Shown: positions 1-10,173 of the stretch, piece by piece
How positions within the stretch are numbered: position 1 is the stretch's first letter
Layout of the letters: the number at the start of each line of letters is the position of its first letter
Assembly (NCBI GenBank): GCA_025463965.1
Contig: JAODBN010000361.1
Coordinates: 1-45,239 of the forward strand
DNA: 45,239 nt
Direction: 5' to 3'
DNA from: Acidimicrobiaceae bacterium
GTDB lineage: Bacteria > Actinomycetota > Acidimicrobiia > Acidimicrobiales > Bog-793
Notes under the pieces: generated by a model
Database searches by the model: none
What the model was told of the DNA's origin: nothing
The model's input: the letters and a program-made list of their open reading frames with translations, nothing else
Translations under genes and position numbers: made by a program

Positions 1-939
1 GCTGCGGCCGTGCTCGGCTACCTCGACCCGGACAACTTCCTCGGCGGCTCCATGGACCTCGACCTCGATGCGGCGCGCCGCGGGATCGCCGAGCAGATCG
101 CCGCCCCGCTCGATCTTCCGCTCTGGCGTGCCGCCGCCGGGATCCTCTCAGTGATGGTCGCCGGCACGACGGGGGCACTGCGCCAGGTGACCGTCGAACG
201 GGGCCGGGATCTGCGGGAGTACTCGCTCCTCGCCTTCGGGGGCGCCGGGCCGCTGTTCGTGCCACTGATCGGCCGGGAGGTCGGCGCCCGCCAGGTGGTG
301 GTGCCCCACAACCCGGCGGTCTTCTCGGCGTGGGGGATGCTCGGGACCGATGTCGTCGAGGACGTCGGGCGTACCGTTCTTGCTCCGCTCGTACCTGAGG
401 CGGGGTCGGCGCTCGACGAGGTGTTTGCCGAGCTATGCGACCGCGCTGACGAACGGGTGCGCGCGCAGTGCTCGTCCGATGCCGAGCTGCGCACGGAGCG
501 TCTTGTTGAGCTGCGTTACGCCGGCCAGGAGCATGCCCTCGCCGTCGAGCTCGAGGACGGCGCCGTCGACCCAACCCGGCTCGCGGAGCGCTTCGGTGAG
601 CTGCACCGGCGCCTCTACGGCCACCAACTGCCGAACGCCGTGCAGGTGCTCGCAGCGCGGGCCACGGTGCGCGCGGTTCTGGCCTTTCCCGCCATCCCCG
701 AGGCCGAGGTCGGGGACGACCCGGAGCGGGCGCGCCGCGCCGGGCGCAACGCCTTCGACTTCGCCGCCGGTGCGATGGTTCCCTTCGCCTGCTACGACCG
801 TACGTTGCTCCGCGCTGGAGAGCGGCTCGTCGGACCGGCCGTGATCGAGGAGGCAACCACCGTGACGGTCCTCCAGTCGGACCAATGCCTCGAGGTCGAC
901 CGCCTCGGACATCTTGTGATCGGAGCGCACCGTGGTTGA
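1..939 (+). CDS. Hydantoinase/oxoprolinase family protein, A-type subunit (C-terminal part; 5' end lies outside the window)
   Basis: The reading frame is open from base 1 (track ORF 10..939, same frame). Its stop overlaps the GTG of the downstream B-type subunit gene by 8 nt, the usual A-B pairing of this family. The family call is by recollection of C-terminal hydantoinase_A-like sequence, not by search. Confidence 0.65.
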   Translation, partial: AAAVLGYLDPDNFLGGSMDLDLDAARRGIAEQIAAPLDLPLWRAAAGILSVMVAGTTGALRQVTVERGRDLREYSLLAFGGAGPLFVPLIGREVGARQVVVPHNPAVFSAWGMLGTDVVEDVGRTVLAPLVPEAGSALDEVFAELCDRADERVRAQCSSDAELRTERLVELRYAGQEHALAVELEDGAVDPTRLAERFGELHRRLYGHQLPNAVQVLAARATVRAVLAFPAIPEAEVGDDPERARRAGRNAFDFAAGAMVPFACYDRTLLRAGERLVGPAVIEEATTVTVLQSDQCLEVDRLGHLVIGAHRG

Positions 940-2659
940 GCAGGACGACGGGACCGGTCCAATGGGCGGGCCGGACGGGATCGCAGTGGACGGGGCGACG
1001 GCCGGGGTCATCCACCGATACCTCTTGGCGTCGGCCGAGGAAATGCGCACGACGCTCGTGCGCACGGCGTTCAACCCGGTGATCTACGAAGTGCTCGACT
1101 TCGGGATCTCGATCTATGACGAGAACCTCGACCTGTTGGCGGAGGCGCCCGGGATCACCTCGTTTCTCGGAGCGAACGACTACGCCATCCGACGCACCAT
1201 GGAGCACCTCGGTCCGGACAGCCTCGACCCCGGCGACGTCGTGCTCATGAATTACCCGTACTGGAACTCGGCCCACGCGTACGACGCCACCCTGTTCGGG
1301 CCGGCGTTCTGCGGCCAGGACCACCCTTTCATGTACCTGTGCGTGCGCGCCCACTGGATGGACCTCGGGGCCAAGGATCCGGGCTACGTCCTCGATTCGA
1401 CCGACGTGCACCAGGAGGGGATGCTCTTTCCAGGCACCAAGGTGTTTCGCCGCTACGAGGAGAGCCCCGAGATCATGGAGCTGCTCCGCTTCAACTCGCG
1501 CATGCCCGACCTGATCATCGGCGATCTGCACGCCCAGGTCTCGGCGATCCGCACGGGCGAGCGCCGAGTCGGCGAGATCGTAGAGCGCTTCGGTCCCGAG
1601 ACGGTCAACGCCGTCGCGAAGCGCCTGTACGCCGAAGGCGAGGCGACGACGCGGGCCGCGCTGCGGGCGCTCCCGCAGGGCAGCTGGACCGCCGAAGACT
1701 GGGCAGACGGCGATGTCAACACGCGCGAGCCGCTCCGCTTGAAGGTCACGGTGACGATTGAGGACGGCGAGATCATCGTCGACTTTGCAGGGTCGCACGG
1801 CACCGCCGTGGGCCCGGTCAATTTGCCTTTCGGCTCGACGCTGGCGATGTGCAAGGTAGCCCTCAAGGGCCTCACGAGTCCTTACGAGTCGGCGAACGCC
1901 GGACACAGCCGCCCGCTCACGGTGAAGGCCGAGCCGGGCAGCCTCTTTCATGCCGTCTACCCGGCGCCGACATTCACCCAGTGGACCCACATCGTTGCAT
2001 TCGAGCTGATCTACAAGGCGCTTTCCGCGGCCATGCCCGAGCAGGTGTCGGCCTCATCGGGCGGCGACATGCCCGGCTTCATGATGGTCGGCATCCACCC
2101 CGAGACCGGCCAGCTGTTCGCGGTTTCGAACAACGAGGTCGTTGGGTGGGGCGGTACTTCCACTCACGACGGCAACGATGTCACCATCCACCCCTCCGAG
2201 AGCATTGTGCGCAATACCCCGCTCGAGGTCCTCGAGCAGAAGACGACAATGCTGATCGAGCGCCTCGAGATGCGCACCGACTCGGGCGGTCCCGGGCTTC
2301 ACCGCGGCGGCGTCGGACTCGAGCGGGTGATCCGCTTCCTGGGCGACGGCGAATTCCTGAACGTGGTGCAGAAGACGATCTCTCCGCCATGGCCGATCGG
2401 CGGGGGCATGGCGTCTGAGCCGAACCGGATCCTCGCCTACGCGGGCACCGACGAGGCGCGGGCGATCTCCATCGAGCGGATCCCGGTGCGCACCGGTGAC
2501 CGCGTGGTGGTGCGCACTGCCGGCGGGGCCGGACACGGCGACCCGCGAACCCGAACGGCCGAGCGGGTCCGGTGGGACGTGGAGGAGGGTTACGTGTCGA
2601 TCGGAGCAGCGATCGAGCACTACGGCGTGACTCCTGACCAGCTGGGGATAGAGCGGTAG
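932..2659 (+). CDS. Hydantoinase B/oxoprolinase family protein (HyuB-like)
   Basis: 575-aa ORF. Blocks such as AFNPVIYEVLDFGISIYD, GWGGTSTHDGNDV and SGGPGLHRGGVGLER are typical of hydantoinase_B/acetone-carboxylase-alpha-type proteins. It is coupled to the upstream A-type gene. An alternative ATG at 962 is possible. Confidence 0.8.
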   Translation: MVEQDDGTGPMGGPDGIAVDGATAGVIHRYLLASAEEMRTTLVRTAFNPVIYEVLDFGISIYDENLDLLAEAPGITSFLGANDYAIRRTMEHLGPDSLDPGDVVLMNYPYWNSAHAYDATLFGPAFCGQDHPFMYLCVRAHWMDLGAKDPGYVLDSTDVHQEGMLFPGTKVFRRYEESPEIMELLRFNSRMPDLIIGDLHAQVSAIRTGERRVGEIVERFGPETVNAVAKRLYAEGEATTRAALRALPQGSWTAEDWADGDVNTREPLRLKVTVTIEDGEIIVDFAGSHGTAVGPVNLPFGSTLAMCKVALKGLTSPYESANAGHSRPLTVKAEPGSLFHAVYPAPTFTQWTHIVAFELIYKALSAAMPEQVSASSGGDMPGFMMVGIHPETGQLFAVSNNEVVGWGGTSTHDGNDVTIHPSESIVRNTPLEVLEQKTTMLIERLEMRTDSGGPGLHRGGVGLERVIRFLGDGEFLNVVQKTISPPWPIGGGMASEPNRILAYAGTDEARAISIERIPVRTGDRVVVRTAGGAGHGDPRTRTAERVRWDVEEGYVSIGAAIEHYGVTPDQLGIER

Positions 2660-3089
2660 GCGCGCTCCTTCCTGGCCAACGCGAATGGTCGGCCTCGACA
2701 CAGGCGTCGTCGACGAAGCAGGCGTCTCGAGCTGGCTGCGGCCGGATTGTCGGCATCCCCCCGGGGCCGGAGTCCTGGACCTCGGTAAGCACCAGGTGAC
2801 ACCCGAGACCGGGTCCCCGTGAGCTGGCCAGTTGGTCACGAATCGCGTCCCCTTCACACGACCTCCGCGTGGAAATAAAGGCCCATCTCGGTGCCTGTTA
2901 AGTCCCGACCTCGCCCGCGAGGCGAACTCGTTGAGCGCCGGTAGGCCAGTGAGGTTGGGCCGCGCTTGCCAACGACAGGCTCAGCGTGGCCGCCTTGTCC
3001 CTTCGGCGCCCAGCCAACTAACGGGTCACCCTCGGGCGTGTTGACGGCGAGGCTACGCTTCATCAGCGTCGGGGCTGAGGGGGTAGCTC

Positions 3090-4940
3090 ATGCACGCGCG
3101 GCAGCGGCTGAACGGTCGCCTTGAGCTTCTGGCGGTCGCTGGCCGCCTGCCGAAGCGAATCGTCGCGCTCGTCGCCATAACAATGGTCGTGGTCAACCTG
3201 CTTCCCGTTGGCATCGCACGAGTGACCGGGACACTCATCGCGCACGTGGTCGTGATCTCGCAAAGACACGCGGCGGTGACGTCAGCGGTTGCGCCGCTCG
3301 TCCTACTAGCCGCATTGCTGACTCTTGACCTGATCGCTCGCAACCTCGTTACACCCTTGCGGGACTGGTTTATCCATCGGTTGGACGGCGAGCTTCGAAC
3401 GAAGCTCCGCCGAGCGATGGCCCGGCCGTTCGGGATCGACCACCTCGATGAGCCGGACGTTCGCGAGCTGGTCGGCTTGCCTATCTATGGAATCCCGCAC
3501 TACACGATCGGGTCCGGAACCGATGGACAGATGTGGATCGCCGCTCGGTTCGTTGGGGCTGCGGCTGCAACTGCCCTTCTGAGCTACTACTTCACACCGT
3601 GGGTCGCGATATTGAGCTTCGGCTTGATCGTGGTCCAGCGCGCCATGATCAATCAACAGTGGAATGACATGACGCCAGCGATGTCAGTGATCACCACGGC
3701 CGAAGAGGGAGCGATCTACTGGCGTGACATCGCTGCCGGGCCGGGCGCCGCAAAGGAGATCCGACTATTCCAATTCCATGAATGGGCGCTCGACCAATTC
3801 AGCGCGACGCGTCAGCACTGGGTCGACATGTGGCGCCATGCAACGAGCAACGTGCTGCCACGCCAGTGGCGGACCTTCCTCCTTTCTGCAGTCGCGGCAG
3901 GCGTGCCGCTCGTGCTGATGGCTCGTTCCGCGGCGAGCGGCCATCTCTCCATAGCCGACCTGAGCATTGGGGTCACTTCACTCGCGGCGCTGTTGCAATA
4001 CGGGTTGATCGGATACGAGGACGTGAGCGTCGCCGGCGCCCTGGCAGCGCTTCCTCGTCTCCGGGCAATCGATACATCGTTGCCGGCAGACGAGCCGTCT
4101 GTCCTCTCGCCGCGGATGTCGGGCCCGCCCGCTGCCACGTCTGGTGCCCCGGGGATTGTGTTCGAAGACGTCTGGTTTGCCTACCCGGGAACGGACCGGG
4201 CAGTCCTTTGCGGACTCAACCTCGTCGTCGCTCAGGGTGAGCATCTGGCGATCGTGGGAGACAATGGCGCCGGTAAGACGACGTTGTTGAAGCTGCTCGC
4301 CGGCTTTTACACCCCGAGCCGAGGCACGATTCGCGTCGACGGGATCGACGCGCGTGAGCTGGATCCACAAGAACGCCTCAAGAACCTGGCGATCATCCTT
4401 CAGGACTTCACGCATTTCGAACTTTCGGCCTACGAGAACGTGGCATTAGCCGCCGATCACGGGCCGGGCGAGTTCGACGACGTAGTTGGCGCCGCCAAGG
4501 TGGCCGGGGCACTTGAGTTGGTCGAGGGACTACCGAGGCGCTGGGAGACGATCCTGTCCAAATCCTATGCGGGGGGTGCCGAGCTCTCGGGAGGTCAGTG
4601 GCAGCGCATCGCCCTCGCCCGGGCCTTGTTCGCTGCCAGACGGGGAGCTAAGACGCTTATCCTCGACGAGCCGACCGCCAACCTTGACGTCGAGGCAGAG
4701 CTCACGATTTTCGACAGGTTGCTCGACACTGCCGCCGGGCTGACCGTGCTGCTCGTTTCGCATCGCTTCTCGACTGTTCGGCGAGCCGATCGCATAGTCG
4801 TCCTTGGCGAAGGTCGGGTGGTCGAGGAGGGCTCACACGAGCAGCTCATGGCAGCGGACGGTCGCTACGCAGTGCTGTACCGCCTACAAGCCGACAAGTT
4901 CGCAGTCCAGGATGGAAGGAGTACGCCTCATGCCGGCTAG
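3090..4940 (+). CDS. ABC exporter, fused permease/ATP-binding protein (half transporter 1)
   Basis: The N-terminal half is hydrophobic. Motifs: Walker A GDNGAGKTT, signature LSGGQWQRIALARAL, Walker B LILDEPTANLD, H-loop SHRFS. A GAGGGGG RBS lies about 7 nt before the ATG. Confidence 0.9.
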   Translation: MHARQRLNGRLELLAVAGRLPKRIVALVAITMVVVNLLPVGIARVTGTLIAHVVVISQRHAAVTSAVAPLVLLAALLTLDLIARNLVTPLRDWFIHRLDGELRTKLRRAMARPFGIDHLDEPDVRELVGLPIYGIPHYTIGSGTDGQMWIAARFVGAAAATALLSYYFTPWVAILSFGLIVVQRAMINQQWNDMTPAMSVITTAEEGAIYWRDIAAGPGAAKEIRLFQFHEWALDQFSATRQHWVDMWRHATSNVLPRQWRTFLLSAVAAGVPLVLMARSAASGHLSIADLSIGVTSLAALLQYGLIGYEDVSVAGALAALPRLRAIDTSLPADEPSVLSPRMSGPPAATSGAPGIVFEDVWFAYPGTDRAVLCGLNLVVAQGEHLAIVGDNGAGKTTLLKLLAGFYTPSRGTIRVDGIDARELDPQERLKNLAIILQDFTHFELSAYENVALAADHGPGEFDDVVGAAKVAGALELVEGLPRRWETILSKSYAGGAELSGGQWQRIALARALFAARRGAKTLILDEPTANLDVEAELTIFDRLLDTAAGLTVLLVSHRFSTVRRADRIVVLGEGRVVEEGSHEQLMAADGRYAVLYRLQADKFAVQDGRSTPHAG

Positions 4941-6756
4941 CCGGGTCGCCGACGACTTGAGGGTGGTCCCCCGGCAGTCCCTTCGCAAGCGCCTCGCCTT
5001 ATGCAAGTCACTGGCTGCGCGATGCCCGCGCCGGGCCCTGTGGATGCTTGTGATCCTGATGATCCCGTTCAGCATTGCCGGCGTAGCGGTCGGTCTCGCG
5101 TTGCGGTGGCTCGCCGATGGGGCCATCGAACGGAATTGGGGTGTGGCCCTCGGCGGGGCGACCGTCGGCCTGCTCGCCTACGGGGTCCTCGGGTCGCTCC
5201 CCCGAGTCATGTACAACACCCAAGAGTGGCTCGCGGTCACGATCGGCTTCGACGTCGACCGGGGATCGCTCGAGTCGGTCGCGACGATGCCGGGCGTGGA
5301 GCACCTCGAGCGAGCCGAATATCTGGATCAGGTGGCCATCGTGAAGCGGACGGCGCTCGACGTGACGCGCTCGACGATGGCGGTGACCAACGTCGGAGCA
5401 CAGCTGATCCGGATCGTTTTGGGCACCGTCCTGCTGGCCACAGTCGACCCGATCCTTGGCTTGCTGCCTCTGTTCTTGCTTCCGTCGGCTTTGATTGTCC
5501 CGTTCGCCCAGCGACCCGTCGAGCGCGCGAATCTCGAGGCAGCGCCGCGCGAGCGCGCTTCCGACGCACTTCATCGACTATTTTTCTCGCCGTCAGCGTC
5601 CATGGAGATGCGCGTCTTCGCGTGTTCCCGCAAGCTGGACGAGCGTGCTGACGAGCTCTGGCGTGAGGCCGGCCGGGCTCGCGTCATCGCCGCGCTAAAG
5701 GCGGACCTGCTGTCGGCGCTTGGCTGGGCTCTGCTGGCGCTCGGGTTCGTCGGCGCTCTATTGGACGTTGTGATCGCTGCCCGTAGCGGGCGCGCCTCTG
5801 TCGGCGACGTCCTGCTCGTGTCGTCGCTTGCCTTTCAGATGCGAAACGACGTTGCGATGGGGGTTTCGTTCTTTCGCCAAGCCTTCGGCGTGCTGCGACT
5901 GGCGGATCGCTTCATCTGGCTGAGCGAGCAAGCGGAGGACCAGGCCGGTCGGTTCGCCGGGACCTTTCCCGTGCCGGCCCGCATCGCAAGAGGCATCCAA
6001 TTGTCGGGCGTCACGTTCGCGTATCCGGGCGCCGACGAACCATCGCTCGAGGGCATCGACCTCCTTCTGCCCGCAGGTGCCACGGTCGCGCTCGTCGGGG
6101 AGAACGGGGCGGGTAAGTCGACCCTCATCAAGCTTCTCTGCTGCCTCTACCAGCCCTCGGTGGGTTCGATCGAGGTCGATGGCACTGACCTGCGCAACCT
6201 CGATGTTGTCGCATGGCGACGGGAGCTTTCAGGCAGTTTCCAGGACTTCGTCAGACTGGAGGCGCAGATACTGCACAGCGTCGGTTCGGGCGATCCACCA
6301 AACATGAATTCCCCGGAGCGAGTGGGAGCCGCACTCGACGCTGCCGAAGCAGCCTCGCTCACAGCTCAGCTGCCCGACGGGTTGCGCACCCATCTCGGCA
6401 AGGCGTACCGAAACGGGGCAGAGCTCTCCGGAGGGCAGTGGCAGAAGGTGGCAATGGCGCGCGCCATGATGCGTCCCGAGCCCCTTCTGCTTGTCCTGGA
6501 CGAGCCCACTGCCGCTCTCGACGCGCAGACCGAGGCTGCGATCTACGACCGGTTCCTCGGGCTGGCCAACAGCTCACGCGAGCGGGGCAGGATCACCGTC
6601 GTGGCGTCGCACCGGTTTGCGTCGGTCCAGCGCGCTGACCTCATTGTCGTGCTGAAGAACGGCCACATCGTTGAGAAGGGAACTCATCATGATCTGCTCG
6701 CGCGTCAGGGCGAGTACGCAGCGATGTACCGGCGCCAAGCAGCGGCCTATCAGTGA
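4930..6756 (+). CDS. ABC exporter, fused permease/ATP-binding protein (half transporter 2)
   Basis: The track ORF starts at 4804. I moved the start to ATG 4930, which has a GGAAGGAG RBS at 4914-4921 and overlaps the upstream stop (ATGCCGGCTAG). Motifs: Walker A GENGAGKST, signature LSGGQWQKVAMARAM, Walker B LVLDEPTAALD, H-loop SHRFA. Confidence 0.9.
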   Translation: MPASRVADDLRVVPRQSLRKRLALCKSLAARCPRRALWMLVILMIPFSIAGVAVGLALRWLADGAIERNWGVALGGATVGLLAYGVLGSLPRVMYNTQEWLAVTIGFDVDRGSLESVATMPGVEHLERAEYLDQVAIVKRTALDVTRSTMAVTNVGAQLIRIVLGTVLLATVDPILGLLPLFLLPSALIVPFAQRPVERANLEAAPRERASDALHRLFFSPSASMEMRVFACSRKLDERADELWREAGRARVIAALKADLLSALGWALLALGFVGALLDVVIAARSGRASVGDVLLVSSLAFQMRNDVAMGVSFFRQAFGVLRLADRFIWLSEQAEDQAGRFAGTFPVPARIARGIQLSGVTFAYPGADEPSLEGIDLLLPAGATVALVGENGAGKSTLIKLLCCLYQPSVGSIEVDGTDLRNLDVVAWRRELSGSFQDFVRLEAQILHSVGSGDPPNMNSPERVGAALDAAEAASLTAQLPDGLRTHLGKAYRNGAELSGGQWQKVAMARAMMRPEPLLLVLDEPTAALDAQTEAAIYDRFLGLANSSRERGRITVVASHRFASVQRADLIVVLKNGHIVEKGTHHDLLARQGEYAAMYRRQAAAYQ

Positions 6757-6920
6757 CGGGCTTGACTGCTGGCGCGTAATCGAATCGGGGCACCGTCGAA
6801 CGCGCCGCGCCTGACAGAATCTCATGGTTCTTGCGACGCGGCATCCGAACCGACCTGGATGACAACCTTGCGCACCGGGATGGCCTCGGCGCGGGATTGA
6901 TCCGGCGGCAGACACTTTTG

Positions 6921-7322
6921 TTACGAGGCGGCTAGGGCGCCGAAGGGCGCTATGGGCACAAGGCCCTGCGCCTTGGCAGCCAGAGCGACGTCAACGGTGA
7001 CGAGTGCATCGGCCTGCAACTTCGTGATAGCCAAGTATTCCGCTTCACGGGTCGAGCTCCAACCTTGCTCGCGCGCGATCTGCCACGCGGTGCGCCGCGA
7101 TACCCGGTCACCGAGCAGCCGCATCTTCAGCTCGGTCAATCGCGCGTGGCGCCGGAGCGCCTCCTCCTCAGTGAGCTCGCCGCGACGCACTGCATCGAAC
7201 AGAAGGGAGAGCGCCTCGGAGCGGATCAGGCTGGGGGCGACGATCTGATGCTCCGGGTCGACCTGGACTTCCTCGGCAACGAGCCGAAGCAGAGTCGGAG
7301 CGTCGACCACGTACCGGGTCAC
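6921..7322 (-). CDS. PIN-domain protein (VapC-like toxin fold)
   Basis: 133 aa with a GTG start. The acidic residues follow PIN spacing: YVVDA (N-terminal D), RSEALS (E), EAEYLAI, and ADALVTVD near the C-terminus. No convincing antitoxin ORF lies upstream. Confidence 0.55.
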   Translation of the reverse strand: MTRYVVDAPTLLRLVAEEVQVDPEHQIVAPSLIRSEALSLLFDAVRRGELTEEEALRRHARLTELKMRLLGDRVSRRTAWQIAREQGWSSTREAEYLAITKLQADALVTVDVALAAKAQGLVPIAPFGALAAS

Positions 7323-7692
7323 GGCGACAGGTTAGTCGGCGCACGAATCTGTGCTCGCGTGACGCCACCCGCGCGCGGCGTTATCTCGCAAGCAGAAGCC
7401 CCTTATGGGGACGTCCAGGGTCTTATTGGACGGCACCTCCCGGTGACAGAGGTCGCTCGACGACGGCTCCGTGCAGACCATTCATTCCTTCTTGCACGGT
7501 CGCTTTCACGTCCTCGGTATCCGGCCATTGCCTCTACAGTGCCTTCTCGGCCGAGAGGGCATTGGCACGGTCACTGTCGACAGTTGAAGGAAGTAGCTCG
7601 GAGCGCCCGACGGACGTTGCGTGGATTCGTTGGCCGTGTGGCGGTTGGGTTGACTCGATGCGGTAGCTTTTCGTGGCGGTCCCACACGGCTG

Positions 7693-8529
7693 ATGGGGAG
7701 GACGATGGCAGACTCGGGCTATCAGGCTGGAAATCGCAGGCTATATGCAGGGAGGATGTCGAAACAGTACTCCTCGAAGGGCAGTTGGCTCGACGATGGT
7801 GAGCACGCGGCCGTGATGTCGGTCGCCAGCGAGGTTCGAGGCGGCTCGATTCTCGATATCGGCGTAGGCGCCGGCCGGACAGCTGGGCTCCTGCCGATGT
7901 TGTCAGACAAGTACGTCGCCGTCGACTATTCGGAAGCGTTGGCGGAGCTGGCACGGGCCGCGTACCCGAACCTCGACATCCGGTTCGGCGATGCCACTGA
8001 CCTCCCGCCTGATCTCCCTGGTAACCCCTTCCGGCTTGTGGTGTTCTCCTATAACGGCATCGACACCCTCGGCCATGTAGGACGTACCCAAGTCCTCGGC
8101 CAGGTCGCCAAAGTGCTTGAGCCAGGGGGATGGTTCGTCTATTCGACGCTGAATCGGGCCGGCCCCTACTTCGACGAGAAGCCGTGGCAGCGCTCGCCCG
8201 ATACGACCCGAAGCACCCCGGAACGGTTCGCCCGCTGGCTGGCTCACCTTGGACTACATCCCGACGACTACTGGCGGCGCTGGTCCTCCTGGTGGCGGCT
8301 ACGAAACAGCCTGGAGGACCACGGCGAATGGGCGGTCGGCCCCCTCGGCGGTCCGGGCTCAGGCTTGGTCGTCCATTGGACCACCCCAACTGCCACCCGG
8401 CAAGAACTCGCCACAGCAGGCCTTGAGCTCATCGCAGCTTTCGAGGAGGACGGTACTCCCATCCACCCGCTCGACGGCCAGACTTCGGCACCGGTGTTCC
8501 ACGTTGTCGCCCGACGTCCTCGGGACTGA
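7693..8529 (+). CDS. Class I SAM-dependent methyltransferase
   Basis: Motif I ILDIGVGAGRTAG and a post-I acidic residue (AVDYS). LEPGGWFVYST is typical of Methyltransf_11/25-type proteins. An alternative ATG at 7705 exists. Confidence 0.75.
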   Translation: MGRTMADSGYQAGNRRLYAGRMSKQYSSKGSWLDDGEHAAVMSVASEVRGGSILDIGVGAGRTAGLLPMLSDKYVAVDYSEALAELARAAYPNLDIRFGDATDLPPDLPGNPFRLVVFSYNGIDTLGHVGRTQVLGQVAKVLEPGGWFVYSTLNRAGPYFDEKPWQRSPDTTRSTPERFARWLAHLGLHPDDYWRRWSSWWRLRNSLEDHGEWAVGPLGGPGSGLVVHWTTPTATRQELATAGLELIAAFEEDGTPIHPLDGQTSAPVFHVVARRPRD

Positions 8530-9027
8530 CGCTCGACTGGCAACCCGCGGGCTTTCCTCGCACACGAGCAATCAGTGGCCGAATGGCGCGCCGTTCTTTT
8601 GCCCAGTGGGGATGAACTCAAGGTGGTTCATGAACACCTTGCCGTTTCTGCTCCCGTTCGCCTTAGGACCGGGAGCTGCCGACCAATGGAGTTCCGACAG
8701 AGGGGCGCCTCGCGCTTATAGGTGGGCAGCGTCTGGCGCTTACCCTTCTTCTCGATTAGCCCGTGGCGAACGCGGCAGAGGACAGCGGCAGAGGTGAAGT
8801 TCGCTGGCAGCGGCTCGAGGCCCTCGACCGCGCTGGTGTTCAAGACGAGTGGCTCCAGCTTGGACGCATGCGCCGCGGCTCGACCAAGCGTGTCTCGACC
8901 CCGGCCCGCATCTGGCGTGGCGGCGAGCGAGGTCGATGCGATGGACCGCCCGAACCGAGACGGTCCAGGCGGTTATCGGGTGAGGCCTGGCTGATCCGCC
9001 ATCGGCGGAATCGCTGTCGACGCCTGC

Positions 9028-10173
9028 TCAATAGGAGACTACGGAAAGGGCGAACTGGCGGTCGCCGTTGCGCTCGGCACAGGTCAGCTCGCCGGAGGCG
9101 ACGGCGACCAGCCGCTCGAAGATACGTTCGCCCATCGTCTCGACCGACTCGTCCCCAGCGAGGATGACCCCAGCGTCGAGGTCGATGTCGCCGGGAAGGC
9201 GGCCATAGGCATTGCTGTTGGTGGCGATCTTGAAGCAGGGTGCCACCGGCGAGCCGGTCGGGGTCCCGCGGCCGGTAGTGAAGGCGACGAGTTGGGCGCC
9301 GCCGGCGACCATGCCCACCATCTGTTCGATGTCGTGGCCGGGGGTGTCCATAATGTAAAGGCCGTTGCCGGGGCAGGCCTCGGCGAACCCGAGTACCCCG
9401 CTCACCGGCGCGTTGCCACCCTTCTTGGCCGAGCCGAGAGCCTTCTCCTCGATTGTGGTCAGCCCCCCGGCCTGGTTCCCCGGAGTCGGCTGGGCGTTGC
9501 GCACGTCGACGCCGAGGTCGCGGATCGCCTGCTCGAAGTTGAAGATCACCTCCCGAATCGCCGTCGCGACGTCGGGTGAGACCGCCCGGGCACAGAGCGC
9601 CTCTTCCGCGCCGATCAACTCGGGGATCTCCGCGAGGATGGCGCTGCCGCCAGCGGCGACCAGCTTGTCACTCGCCACCCCGAGAGCGGGATTGGCCGTG
9701 ATCCCAGAGAGGGCGTCCGATCCGCCGCACTCGAGCCCGAGCACCAGGCGAGCCACCTCGACTGGCTGTCGCTCGAAGCCCAGCGCCTCGGCTACGAGCT
9801 CTTTAGCGAACGCCCGGGCGGCGGCCGCGGCCCCAATGGTTCCGCGGTGGCGGGCCAGCGTGACGAATTCGACGCGCGGCCCCCGCCCGGAAAGGGCGTC
9901 AGCCAGCCAGGCGTCATCGTCGCTCAGGCCGAGTACGACGACCCCGGTGACGTTTGGGTTCGAGGCAAAGCCGATGAGGGTGCGGCGCACCCGGTCGGCA
10001 TCGACGGCGTCGGGGTGCTCGAGCTCCTGGGGGACGTCGACGGCTCCATGGAGATCCTCGACAGCCAGGCGCGCCGCGACGTTGGCGACCGAGCTCGTCG
10101 CCAGCACAATCACGTGGTTGCGCACCCCGACGCGACCGTCCGGCCGGACGTAGCCGGGGAAGGTCTCGCTCAC
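9028..10173 (-). CDS. UxaA/GarD-family dehydratase large subunit (SuyB-like; catalytic C-terminal domain intact, N-domain Cys/His motifs lost)
   Basis: Contains LECGGSDALSGITANPALG, PTPGNQAGGLTTIEEKALGSAKKGG and FTTGRGTPTGSP, the hallmark blocks of altronate/galactarate dehydratase C-terminal domains. Its ATGA start overlaps the upstream gene's stop. Confidence 0.85.
   Translation of the reverse strand: MSETFPGYVRPDGRVGVRNHVIVLATSSVANVAARLAVEDLHGAVDVPQELEHPDAVDADRVRRTLIGFASNPNVTGVVVLGLSDDDAWLADALSGRGPRVEFVTLARHRGTIGAAAAARAFAKELVAEALGFERQPVEVARLVLGLECGGSDALSGITANPALGVASDKLVAAGGSAILAEIPELIGAEEALCARAVSPDVATAIREVIFNFEQAIRDLGVDVRNAQPTPGNQAGGLTTIEEKALGSAKKGGNAPVSGVLGFAEACPGNGLYIMDTPGHDIEQMVGMVAGGAQLVAFTTGRGTPTGSPVAPCFKIATNSNAYGRLPGDIDLDAGVILAGDESVETMGERIFERLVAVASGELTCAERNGDRQFALSVVSY

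Noticed and set aside
2832-3063. Small ORFs in the ABC exporter leader (2832..3044 +, 2854..3063 -), checked as possible RiPP precursor or regulatory peptide genes
   Set aside because: No RBS, Arg/Pro-rich composition, and no leader/core-like organisation.
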